Position numbers and translations under genes: made by a program. A stretch of DNA of 45,094 nt, from NCBI GenBank assembly GCA_020425635.1, contig JAGQRJ010000198.1, forward strand, positions 1 through 45,094, written 5' to 3'. Shown here in pieces: positions 7,450 through 16,006 of the stretch; the stretch's first letter is position 1; every line of letters starts with the position of its first letter. The notes under the pieces were generated by a model. The model was given only the letters and a program-made list of their open reading frames with translations, did not search any database and was not told the DNA's origin. Origin of the DNA: Planctomycetota bacterium (GTDB lineage Bacteria > Planctomycetota > J058).

Positions 7450-8844
7450 ATGGACCGCGATCCCCCGGCCCCGCTCGACGCCTCCCCCGAACCGCCCACG
7501 GCCGAGCGCGAGCGCTCTACGGCGGGCGATCCTGGGCTCGAGGACATGCAACCGGCGTCCACCCCCGACCCTCGCGCGCCCGCGAGCCCGCCCCAGCCTT
7601 CGTCACCCTCGAGCGCACTGCGGCGGGCGATCCTGCGCGGCCTCTTGGCAGGGCTTGCGGGCGCGGGGACCTGCGCGCTGCTGGGGTATGCGTTCGAGGT
7701 GGTCCTGGGAGTGGGCTACCTGGCGCTGCAGGGGTTCTTTGGGGGCGGCGTCCTCGGGGCGGTGGGCCTGCTCGAGAGCGTTGGCTGGGGGGCCGCGGGC
7801 TCACCGCCGCCGCGGCGCTTGCTCGCGTTCAGCGCTGCGGTGTGGGCGCTGACGACGGTGCTCGGCTACGGAGCGCTGCTGCAGTCCGTCTACCTCAGCG
7901 AGGTCCTGGCCGGCCGCGGCAACGCCTCGGCCTCGCGGGCCGTCGAGAACGAGCTGCTCTACACCCTCAACGACCCGGCCCCCCTGGTCGCGGTGCTGCT
8001 GCTCGTCGGGCTCGCGTTCGCGCTCACGAGCCTGAGCCGCGGCTGCGAGCTGCGCGTCCCCGAGGCCGCGGCGCTCTGCTCTCTGGGCGCGCTGCCTCCG
8101 GCGATCGCGGTCTTGTTCGGCACGCCTCTGTGCACGGAGTTGATCGATCCGCGCTTCGTGTTCGGCGCCGTCGCGGCCGGGACCGCGCTGCTCCCCGCAG
8201 CGAATTGGCTGGGCGACGCCGTCGAGCGACGAGTGTTTGGCGTCGCGCCCCCCGCCTCCGAGCGCCGGCGGCCGCTGGCCTGGACGGTCGCGGCCGCGTG
8301 CCTGACGCTGGGCTCCCTCGGGGGCTACGCGCTGGCGCGCGGCCTCGCCACGGCTCGCGAGCGCTACGAAGCCGAGTACTACGCGCTGCTCGGAGAGGCG
8401 CAGCATGCTCGGTATACGAACGACCACGCCACCGTGTATCGCGCATGCCAATCCATGCGAGCGCTCTCGCTGGGGGTCCTCGACGCGCGCGAGGTGCGTG
8501 ACCTGTGGCTCGAGGCGGCCTGGTGGACGGGTCGACCCGGCCCCTCCGAGCTGAGCCGGGACGAGCGAGAGCGCTTGGCCCTGTGGAGCACGGACCCACA
8601 CACTCGGGCGGTCCGCGGAGACCTTCGTCTGCGGCGCGGCGACCTGGAGGGGGCCTGGGAGGACTTCAGCGCAGCCGCAAAGGCCGCGGATTTCGGACCC
8701 GACCCCTGGGTGCACCTCGGCCTGGCTGAGGTCCTGGTCGCGCGCGGCGAGCTCGCAGGCGCGGAGGCCGAGTTGACCCTGGCAGAGCAGGCCGGCGCCG
8801 AGCCCCAGGCGCTCGCGAGGGTGCGGCGGCTGCTCGCCCGCTGA
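7450..8844 (+). CDS. multi-pass membrane protein with Pro-rich N-terminal tail and C-terminal TPR-like domain (paralog 1)
   Basis: Co-linear similarity to the next gene: LRRAILRGLLAGLAGAG / VRRSLLRALLSGVAGSM; LQGFFGGGVLGAVGLLESVGW / FQGFLGGAVLGAVALFESVAW; SRGCELRVPE / ARGCALRVPE; ERRRPLAW / ERQRLLAW. This paralogy supports the frame against competing shadow ORFs. No family recognised. Confidence 0.65.
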   Translation: MDRDPPAPLDASPEPPTAERERSTAGDPGLEDMQPASTPDPRAPASPPQPSSPSSALRRAILRGLLAGLAGAGTCALLGYAFEVVLGVGYLALQGFFGGGVLGAVGLLESVGWGAAGSPPPRRLLAFSAAVWALTTVLGYGALLQSVYLSEVLAGRGNASASRAVENELLYTLNDPAPLVAVLLLVGLAFALTSLSRGCELRVPEAAALCSLGALPPAIAVLFGTPLCTELIDPRFVFGAVAAGTALLPAANWLGDAVERRVFGVAPPASERRRPLAWTVAAACLTLGSLGGYALARGLATARERYEAEYYALLGEAQHARYTNDHATVYRACQSMRALSLGVLDAREVRDLWLEAAWWTGRPGPSELSRDERERLALWSTDPHTRAVRGDLRLRRGDLEGAWEDFSAAAKAADFGPDPWVHLGLAEVLVARGELAGAEAELTLAEQAGAEPQALARVRRLLAR

Positions 8845-8923
8845 GCGTTCGGCGCGGCCTCAGCGCACGCCGTGGCTCCGCCGCGAAGCTGCGCGACGGA
8901 CCGCGGTCCGCTAGCTTGACCCC

Positions 8924-10261
8924 ATGTCGACTCCGACCCCGTCGTCGGGCCCAACCGGCGCGTCAGACCTCAGCGAACCAGGCGCGTCTGCCAGCGACGA
9001 GCGCGGCCTGCAGGCGAGCGCAGTGCGCCGCTCGCTCCTCCGCGCACTGCTCTCGGGCGTGGCGGGCTCCATGGTCTGCGCCGGGATCGGGTGCGCCATG
9101 GGCTTCGATTGGCGCAGCGTGGGGAACGTCGCGTTCCAAGGGTTCCTGGGGGGCGCGGTGCTGGGCGCGGTCGCCCTGTTCGAGAGCGTGGCCTGGCCCC
9201 GGGGGACGCCGACGCGGCGGCGCCTCCTCGCCACCTGCGCGGCGGTGTGGGTCCTGGCGAGCTTGCTCTGCCTGGCGGCGCTGGTCGAGTCGCTCTACGC
9301 CCGCGGGTTCCTCGAGAGCTTCGACTCCGACGCTGCCCGCGAGCGAACGGCAAGGGTCTTGCACCAGATCCACTCCGAGCCGAGGCTCTTCGCCGGTGTG
9401 TTCGCCGCGCTTGGGCTCCCCTTCGCCCTCGGCGCCCTCGCCCGCGGCTGCGCGCTGCGCGTGCCCGAACAGATCGTGGTCTCGGCGCTGGGAGCGATCC
9501 CCCCGGGCGCCGCGTTGCTCCTGGGCACGAGGCTCGCGCCGCCCACCGACTCTCGCTTCTGCTTCGCGATCGTCGTCGCGGCGACGGTCCTGCTCCCCCT
9601 CGCCGCCTGGCTCGGTGACCTCGTCGAGCAACGCAGCTGGGGTAGCGCCGCGCCTCGGCGAGAGCGACAGCGTCTCCTGGCCTGGTCCACGGCCCTGTCC
9701 CTGCTCATGCTGGGGGCGCCGGCGGCCTATGGCTTCGGCGCCACGGCGGTGCGCGCGCGCGAGGAGAAGCGGGTGGCGCTCCAGACCCTGACGACCCAGG
9801 TCCGCGAGCTCGTGGCCTTCGGCCACTACGCGCGCGCCGTCGCGCTCTGCGTCGAAGCCCAGGCGAACGACGCCTTGGACAGCGACGCGTGGCAGCTCGG
9901 CTGGTCGTGGGCCGAGGCGAGCTGGTACACAGGCGAGCCTCCCCCGCCAAGCTGGCTCTGCGACGCGGCGGACAGCTACCGCATTTTCGACGGCGACGCG
10001 TTCATGCGCGAAGGCCGTGTCCGCATTCGGCTCGAGGAGGGCGATTTCCAGGGCGCCCTCGCCGACTGCGAGTACCTCGAGGCGGTCGGCTTTCCGCCGG
10101 AGCTGCTCGGGCCGCGCGCCTCGGCGCACCTCGCGTTGGGTCAGGTCGAGGCAGCTGAGGCAGACCTCCGAGCGGCCGAGCGGGTTGAGCTCTCAGAAGA
10201 CCTCGAGGCCGAGGTCGCCGAGGTCCGCGCGCGCCTGGAGGCCGCGCGGCGCGCCGAGTAG
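8924..10261 (+). CDS. multi-pass membrane protein with C-terminal TPR-like domain (paralog 2)
   Basis: Same architecture and conserved blocks as 7450..8844. C-terminal helical repeats (GDFQGALADCEYLEAVG..., ALGQVEAAEADLRAAE). Confidence 0.65.
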   Translation: MSTPTPSSGPTGASDLSEPGASASDERGLQASAVRRSLLRALLSGVAGSMVCAGIGCAMGFDWRSVGNVAFQGFLGGAVLGAVALFESVAWPRGTPTRRRLLATCAAVWVLASLLCLAALVESLYARGFLESFDSDAARERTARVLHQIHSEPRLFAGVFAALGLPFALGALARGCALRVPEQIVVSALGAIPPGAALLLGTRLAPPTDSRFCFAIVVAATVLLPLAAWLGDLVEQRSWGSAAPRRERQRLLAWSTALSLLMLGAPAAYGFGATAVRAREEKRVALQTLTTQVRELVAFGHYARAVALCVEAQANDALDSDAWQLGWSWAEASWYTGEPPPPSWLCDAADSYRIFDGDAFMREGRVRIRLEEGDFQGALADCEYLEAVGFPPELLGPRASAHLALGQVEAAEADLRAAERVELSEDLEAEVAEVRARLEAARRAE

Positions 10262-11050
10262 TCAGCGCTCCTGTGCGCCGCGCTTCTTGCGCCACACCCC
10301 GAGGATCTTGGTCGCGCGCGGCGCCTTCTTGCCCTTGGGGTGCTTGGCCAGGTAGAGCTCGAGGTCGGCGATCCCGCCGTCGAAGTCTTCGTCGCGCCCG
10401 CGGGCCCAGCCGCGCACGAAGAGCGCCTCGCTGAGCTCGGGGTCGAGGCCCAGAGCCAGCGTCGCGCAGGCCACGGCCTCGGCGTCGTCGCCCCCCTGCA
10501 GGCGGGCCTCGGCGCGCTCGAGCCAGCGCTTGGCCTCCTTGGGGTCGCGCCCTTCGCGGGTCATGAACCCGCGCACGCGCTCGTCGTCGAGCACGATCTT
10601 GCGCATGAGCTGCTGCGCGTCCTCGAACAGCGCGTGGCCCTGCGCGGCCTCGGCCGTGAGCTTGGTCCCGAGGAAGGCCTGCTCGCTCCACTCGATCGCG
10701 TCTGCGTCGACGGGCTCGAAGCGCGGGCGCCCCTTCTCGGCGAAGCACAGCGCGCCGAAGGCGAAGCGCTCCTCGGCGCCCTCGAGGGCGAGCTGGCCGC
10801 TGCCTGGCCCCGGCTGCTCGGGCGGCTTCTCCCCGGGCTGCCGCGGCGCCGGACGCTCGGGGCCGCCCTCCCAGCCGCCGATCGAGACGAGGAGCTGGGC
10901 CCCGCGCTCGGCGTGGCCGATCGTCCAGCGCGAGCAGTAGACCGCGTAGGGTTCGCCGTCGAGCTTGGCGAAGCCCCACGCGGTGCGCGTGATCTCCTGG
11001 TCGCCGTGGTCGACGTAGCGGTGCGGTTCGATCTCGAGCACGCCGCGCAT
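10262..11050 (-). CDS. hypothetical protein with C-terminal TPR-like helices
   Basis: Track ORF 10262..11116. Start moved to the internal ATG at 11050, which is preceded by GGAGAGGGAGG with 4-nt spacing. The C-terminus (AEAVACATLALGLDPELSEALFVRGWARG) is TPR-like. The N-terminal domain is not recognised. Confidence 0.6.
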   Translation of the reverse strand: MRGVLEIEPHRYVDHGDQEITRTAWGFAKLDGEPYAVYCSRWTIGHAERGAQLLVSIGGWEGGPERPAPRQPGEKPPEQPGPGSGQLALEGAEERFAFGALCFAEKGRPRFEPVDADAIEWSEQAFLGTKLTAEAAQGHALFEDAQQLMRKIVLDDERVRGFMTREGRDPKEAKRWLERAEARLQGGDDAEAVACATLALGLDPELSEALFVRGWARGRDEDFDGGIADLELYLAKHPKGKKAPRATKILGVWRKKRGAQER

Positions 11051-11143
11051 GGCACCTCCCTCTCCGGGATCTTCGGTCGTGACGCGCGTTTGCGCGAGGG
11101 TGTGTTGCTCCCGCACCCTCGCTCGCGCACACTCGAGTGAGGA

Positions 11144-12595
11144 GTGCGGGTGGCCGACTGGAGTCTCGCGGGTCTCGAGTTCTGGGGGTGGGCGGGCGTC
11201 CTGCTCACCGCGCTGAACTACGTGATCGTGGCGCTCCTCGTCCCGCGGATCCTGATGCAGTCGCGCGATCCGCGCGGCGCCCTGGCCTGGATCTTCTTCG
11301 TGCTCCTCGTGCCCCCCATGGGCCTGTTTGGGTTCTGGGTCGTGGGCCCGGGGAAGCTGCAGCTGCGCCGGCGCCTGCTCCGCCGCCCGCGGCCGGGCGT
11401 GAGCCCTCAGCTCCAGTCACGGATCGTGCGTGGCTCGGGAGAGCCCCCCCCTTTGAGCGGGCGCCTGCTCGCGCTCAGCCGCGGGGTCGGCCCCCCCGGC
11501 CCGACCGCGTGCAACGAGGTCCGCTTCTGCAACGACGGCCCCGAGACCTTCGCGATCTGGGAGCGCGCGATCGACGCGGCCACGCACCACGTGCACTTCG
11601 AGGTCTATATCTTCAAGCGCGACGAGACCGGGGTCCGCGTGCGCGACGCCCTGATCCGCGCCCTCGGGCGAGGGGTGCGGGTGCGCCTGCTGCTCGACGA
11701 CGTCGGCTCGCGGGCCGCCAGCCCGCGCTTCCTCGCGCCTTTGGTGGCGGCCGGGGGCGAGGTCGCGCGCTTCCTCCCGCTGAACCTGTTCAGCCGCCAG
11801 CTCTCGATCAACCACCGCAACCACCGCAAGATCTTGATCGTCGACGGGCGGGTCGGCTTCGTCGGCGGGTACAACGTGGGCGACGAGTACGCGGGCAAGG
11901 GCCAGCCCTGGCGCGACTCCATGGTCGAGGTCAAAGGTCCCCTCGTGCACTCCATGCAAGAGGTGTTCTGCCGCGACTGGTATCAAGCCACCGGGCTCGA
12001 GACCGACGACCCCGGGTTCTTCCCCGAGCCCGAGCGCTGCGGCGGCGTGTGGGGTCAGCTCCTCACCTCGGGGCCGGGCGACCGCTACTGGTCGCCGATC
12101 TACGTGTTGATGGTCAACGCGATCAACGACGCGTCGGAGCGGGTGTGGTTGGAGACGCCGTACTTCGTCCCCGACGACACCTTCTTGCTGGCCCTCGTGG
12201 GGGCGGCCCTGCGCGGGGTCGACGTGCGCGTGGTCGTGCCCCAGAGCCCCGACCACTCCGTCGTCGCCTGGGCGGCGCGCTCGTATTACAGCGAGCTCCT
12301 CGCCGCCGGCGTCAAGATCTACGAGCTCCCCGAGGTCATGCTGCACGCCAAGACCATGACGATCGACGGCAACTTCGCGACCGTGGGCTCGACGAACCTC
12401 GACCAGCGCAGCTTCCGCCTGAACTTCGAGGTCAACGGCTTCTTCTACGGCCCGCAGGTCGCGCAAGAGGTCGAGGCCGCGATGAAGGTCACCCAGGGCG
12501 AAGCCAAGCGCGTCGAGAAGGGCCTGTTCCACAAGCGCCGCTGGCTGCAGCGCATGCTCGAGGCCTTCGCTCGGATCTTCGCCCCGCTGCTCTGA
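11144..12595 (+). CDS. cls: cardiolipin synthase
   Basis: Two N-terminal TM helices and two HKD motifs: HRKILIVDGRVGFVGGYNVGDEY and LHAKTMTIDGNFATVGSTNLDQRS. Confidence 0.9.
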   Translation: MRVADWSLAGLEFWGWAGVLLTALNYVIVALLVPRILMQSRDPRGALAWIFFVLLVPPMGLFGFWVVGPGKLQLRRRLLRRPRPGVSPQLQSRIVRGSGEPPPLSGRLLALSRGVGPPGPTACNEVRFCNDGPETFAIWERAIDAATHHVHFEVYIFKRDETGVRVRDALIRALGRGVRVRLLLDDVGSRAASPRFLAPLVAAGGEVARFLPLNLFSRQLSINHRNHRKILIVDGRVGFVGGYNVGDEYAGKGQPWRDSMVEVKGPLVHSMQEVFCRDWYQATGLETDDPGFFPEPERCGGVWGQLLTSGPGDRYWSPIYVLMVNAINDASERVWLETPYFVPDDTFLLALVGAALRGVDVRVVVPQSPDHSVVAWAARSYYSELLAAGVKIYELPEVMLHAKTMTIDGNFATVGSTNLDQRSFRLNFEVNGFFYGPQVAQEVEAAMKVTQGEAKRVEKGLFHKRRWLQRMLEAFARIFAPLL

Positions 12596-12652
12596 GCGCC
12601 GGGAGCCCAGGAGGCTTCACTTCGCGCGGCCCGCGAGCTAAGGTCGCTCGGC

Positions 12653-13903
12653 ATGAAGGCTGACCTGCTGCTCACCGACATTGGCCAACTCGTGACCCTC
12701 CAGGGCCTCGCCGAGGCGGGCCCCCAGCGGGGGCCCCTCGACGACCTGCCCACGATCGCAGACGCCGCCGTGGCCATGGCCGACGGCCTGATCGTGGCCT
12801 GCGGCCCGCGGGCCGAGGTCGAGGCGCAGGTCGAGGCGCGCCTGACGCGCTCCGCCGGCGGGCGGGTGGTGCTCCCCGGGTTCGTCGACCCGCACACCCA
12901 CCTGCCCTGGGCGGGGAGCCGCGAGGGAGAGTTCGCCAAGCGCCTGGCGGGCATGAGCTACGCCGAGATCGCCCAGGCTGGCGGGGGGATCCGCGCGACC
13001 ATGCGCGCGACGCGCGCGGCGAGCCTCGACGCGCTGCTCGCCGCGGCGCGCCCGCGGCTGCGGCGCATGCTCAGCCACGGGACGACCACGGCCGAGGCCA
13101 AGAGCGGCTACGGGCTCGAGCTCGAGGCCGAGCGCCGCCAGCTCGAGGCGATCGCCCAGCTCGACCGCGAGCAGCCGATCGACCTGGTGGCGACCAACCT
13201 CGCCGCCCACGAGATCCCCGACGAGTACCGTCAGGATCGTGAGGCCTGGATCACCAAGCTCACCGACGAGCTGCTCCCGGGGCTCAAGCCCCTGGCCGAG
13301 TTCTGCGACGTGTTCTGCGAGGACCACGTGTTCACCGTCGAGGAGTCGCGGCGGATCCTCGGGCGCGCCAGGGAGCTGGGCTACAAGCTCAAGCTCCACG
13401 CCGACGAGCTGGTGCCCACGGGCGGCGCCGAGCTGGCCGTCGAGCTGGGCGCGGTCTCCGCCGACCACCTCGCCAAGACCGGCCCCGCGGGGATCGCCGC
13501 GCTGGCCGCCAGCGACACGGTGGCGGTGCTCCTCCCGGGGACTTCGTTCTACCTGGGCGCCAAGGAGCACGCCCCCGCGCGGGCCATGCTCGAGGCGGGG
13601 GTCGCGATCGCGCTGGCCACCGACGCCAACCCGGGGTCGTGCCTCACCGAGAGCATGCCCATGATCTTGACCCTGGCCTGCGTCAACCTGCGCATGACCC
13701 CGGCCGAGGCGATCGTGGCCGCGACGGCCAACGCGGCGTGGGCGATCGACCGCCGCGACCGCGGCGTGCTCGCCCCGGGCAAGCTCGCCGACCTCGTGGT
13801 GTGGGACGCCCCGAGCTGGCGCTACCTGCCCACCCACTTCGGGGTCAGCCTCGTCGACACGGTCGTCAAGCGCGGCGCGGTCGTCTACGATCGGAACCAA
13901 TGA
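12653..13903 (+). CDS. hutI: imidazolonepropionase
   Basis: PGFVDPHTHLPWAGSREGEF, KSGYGLE, KLHADEL and ATDANPGS, all typical of HutI amidohydrolases. No other hut genes are in the window. Confidence 0.9.
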   Translation: MKADLLLTDIGQLVTLQGLAEAGPQRGPLDDLPTIADAAVAMADGLIVACGPRAEVEAQVEARLTRSAGGRVVLPGFVDPHTHLPWAGSREGEFAKRLAGMSYAEIAQAGGGIRATMRATRAASLDALLAAARPRLRRMLSHGTTTAEAKSGYGLELEAERRQLEAIAQLDREQPIDLVATNLAAHEIPDEYRQDREAWITKLTDELLPGLKPLAEFCDVFCEDHVFTVEESRRILGRARELGYKLKLHADELVPTGGAELAVELGAVSADHLAKTGPAGIAALAASDTVAVLLPGTSFYLGAKEHAPARAMLEAGVAIALATDANPGSCLTESMPMILTLACVNLRMTPAEAIVAATANAAWAIDRRDRGVLAPGKLADLVVWDAPSWRYLPTHFGVSLVDTVVKRGAVVYDRNQ

Positions 13904-15285
13904 GCGAACAGCTGCAAGACCTGGTCACCCAGATCGAGACGCGGACCCGGCAGATCTACGAGGAGCACCTGGCGCCGATCGCCACGCGCTTCGAGTTCGA
14001 GGGGCCGCCCCCGCACAGCGAGACCTCCGCCCCCCCGATGGTGCTCTTCCTCGGCAACCACAGCGCGGGCAAGTCGTCGTTCATCAACCACCTCGTAGGC
14101 GAACAGATCCAGCGCACGGGGATCGCCCCGATCGACGACGGCTTCACCGTGATCACCCACGGCGAGGTGGCCGAGGTCAAGGACGGCATGTCCGTCGTGA
14201 CCAACCCCAAGCTCGCGTGGAACGACCTCGAGCGCTTCGGGCCGCAGCTCGTGAGCCACCTGAAGATGGTCGTGCACCCGAACCCCGGGCTGCACGGGAT
14301 CGCGCTGATCGACTCGCCGGGCATGATCGACGCGGCCGACGGCAAGGTCGACCGCGGCTACAACTTCCCCGAGGTCGTGCGCTGGTTCGCCGAGCGCGCC
14401 GACGTGATCCTGTTCCTGTTCGACCCCGACAAGCCAGGGACCACCGGCGAGACCTTGAAGATCCTCACCGAGTCGCTCATGGGCCTCGACCACAAGCTGC
14501 TCTTGATCTTCAACAAGGTCGACCGCTTCGAGAGCATGCGCGACTACGCCCGGGCCTACGGCGCCCTGTGCTGGAACCTCTCCAAGGCGATCCCGCGCAA
14601 GGACCTCCCGCACATCTTCAACACCTACCTCCCCGACCAGGGCGCCTCTCCCCAGAGCGGGGTCCCGACCGGCGACTTCGACAAGCAGACCGAGGAGGTC
14701 CGCCGCGAGGTCTCGCGCGCGCCCTTCCGTCGGGTCGACAACGTGATCAGCCGGCTCTACCAGCACGCGCGTCGCATGCGGGTTCACGTGCGGGTCCTCG
14801 ACCACCGCGCGCGCGAGCGCTTCTGGCTGCTCCTGCGCTACGGGGTGCTCGGCGGCGCCGTCGCTCTGCTGGGCGTGGTCGGGCTCTACCTGGTGTGGTC
14901 CTACGCCTCCCAGGACCACTTCGGCTCCGCGCTCCTGGGGGTCCTGGCCGTGATCCTGGTCGGCGCCTGCGCGGTGACCGCGCTCTTTCTCTGGGACCGC
15001 CGCCGGCTCAACGCCCTCAGCCTGGACCAGCTCTTCGAGAGCACCTTCGCGCGCGAGCTGACCCTCGGCGACAACGCCGAAGACCTGCGCGCCGTGTGGG
15101 CCAGCGTCCGCGAGCGGGTTCGCCGCGCGCTCGAGACCGGCAAGCGCTTCCCCCGCGCCCGCCGCGCGGAGTTCAAGCGCCTGGAGAAGGTGATCACCAA
15201 GTCGATCCCCGCGCTGCGCCTCAAGGCGGCCGAGTCGACCAAGGTCGCCGAGACGCAGTTCGTGACCGGCGATCACGACGCGTAG
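13900..15285 (+). CDS. EHD/sarcalumenin-like dynamin-superfamily NTPase with two C-terminal TM helices
   Basis: ATG at 13900 overlaps the hutI stop (ATGA). P-loop GNHSAGKSSFINHL, then IDSPG and NKVD. Long blocks resemble human EHD1/2 as I recall them: DRGYNFPEVVRWFAERADVILFLFDPDK vs SRGYDF(A/P)AVL(E/R)[16 protein letters not shown], and AYGALCWNLSKAI vs VYGALMWSLGKII. C-terminal TM pair FWLLLRYGVLGGAVALLGVVGLYLVW / ALLGVLAVILVGACAVTALFLW. Confidence 0.8.
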   Translation: MSEQLQDLVTQIETRTRQIYEEHLAPIATRFEFEGPPPHSETSAPPMVLFLGNHSAGKSSFINHLVGEQIQRTGIAPIDDGFTVITHGEVAEVKDGMSVVTNPKLAWNDLERFGPQLVSHLKMVVHPNPGLHGIALIDSPGMIDAADGKVDRGYNFPEVVRWFAERADVILFLFDPDKPGTTGETLKILTESLMGLDHKLLLIFNKVDRFESMRDYARAYGALCWNLSKAIPRKDLPHIFNTYLPDQGASPQSGVPTGDFDKQTEEVRREVSRAPFRRVDNVISRLYQHARRMRVHVRVLDHRARERFWLLLRYGVLGGAVALLGVVGLYLVWSYASQDHFGSALLGVLAVILVGACAVTALFLWDRRRLNALSLDQLFESTFARELTLGDNAEDLRAVWASVRERVRRALETGKRFPRARRAEFKRLEKVITKSIPALRLKAAESTKVAETQFVTGDHDA

Positions 15286-15300
15286 GTCTCGACCTTTGTC

Positions 15301-15981
15301 CTAGCCCCGGCGGCGCTTGGCGCGGCTGGCGGGGAGCACGGCGCGGACGAGCTCGCGCGGGTCGGCGCCCGTGGCTGCGCAGTAGGCCTCGAGCGCGCGC
15401 CAACGGGCGGCGACGCCGAGGGGCGGCTCCGCCCGCTGGCCGTAGGCGTCGAGGGACGCGAGGTTCCGCACGCGGAGGTCGAGGTCGCTCGGGGTCGAGA
15501 CCACGTCGTCGAGGTCGACGAGCACGGGGACGTCGAGCACGGTGACGATCAGGTTCGCGGGCTTGAGGTCGCGGGCGCTGAGCCCCGCGGTGTGCAGGCG
15601 GGCCGCGAAGGTCGCGGCGGCGCGCGCCAGGCCGCGTTGACGGCCACGGTCGGGGGTCGACCAGGCGACGTGGAGGGTGGGCCCAGGCACGTGCTCCCAC
15701 ACCGTGAGCAAGCGGCCCGGCTCGCGGATCGCGTCGAGCAAGCCCGGCGCCTCGAAGCCCGCGGCGATCAGCGCCTGGTGGCCCGCGGCGCTGCGCTGGG
15801 CCCGGGTCCGCCGCGCCACGGCGCGCAGCCAGCCCCCGAGGCCGCGCAGGGGCTCCTGCTTGACCACGGCCCAGCCCTCGGCGTCGAGGCGTACCCGGGT
15901 CACGCGCCGCGCGCCGTCTTGCTTGAGCACCGCGTCGCCGGTGGCCTTGTCGTGGCGCTCGAGGAGCAGCCGCCGACGCAC
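15301..15981 (-). CDS. lipopolysaccharide kinase (Kdo/WaaP) family protein
   Basis: GTG start. Kinase catalytic loop HTAGLSARDLKPANLIV and LVDLDD. Small size and position downstream of two glycosyltransferases fit this family. Confidence 0.75.
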   Translation of the reverse strand: MRRRLLLERHDKATGDAVLKQDGARRVTRVRLDAEGWAVVKQEPLRGLGGWLRAVARRTRAQRSAAGHQALIAAGFEAPGLLDAIREPGRLLTVWEHVPGPTLHVAWSTPDRGRQRGLARAAATFAARLHTAGLSARDLKPANLIVTVLDVPVLVDLDDVVSTPSDLDLRVRNLASLDAYGQRAEPPLGVAARWRALEAYCAATGADPRELVRAVLPASRAKRRRG

Positions 15982-16006
15982 GGCCTGGGCCTCGCGGTCG
16001 GCCGCC

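Noticed and set aside
4601-7852. A very long + ORF (1083 aa). Similar giant ORFs occur at 33838..36531 (+), 38566..41160 (-), 21401..23626 (-), 25875..27707 (+), 36528..38252 (-) and 12638..13900 (-).
   Set aside because: All are antisense or off-frame to genes with clear family motifs (acyl-CoA synthetase, radical SAM, HtrA, methyltransferase, TgpA, kinase-like, HutI). Their products are Arg/Gly/Ala/Pro/Glu-dominated low-complexity strings, as expected from stop-codon depletion in ~70% GC DNA.
12596-12652. CACTTCG...GAGCT in the cls-hutI spacer, which resembles the core of the palindromic element.
   Set aside because: Only two short words match, there are no CTAG arms, and the local hairpin (TCGCG-cggcc-CGCGA) is unrelated. 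The resemblance is too weak to call a copy.
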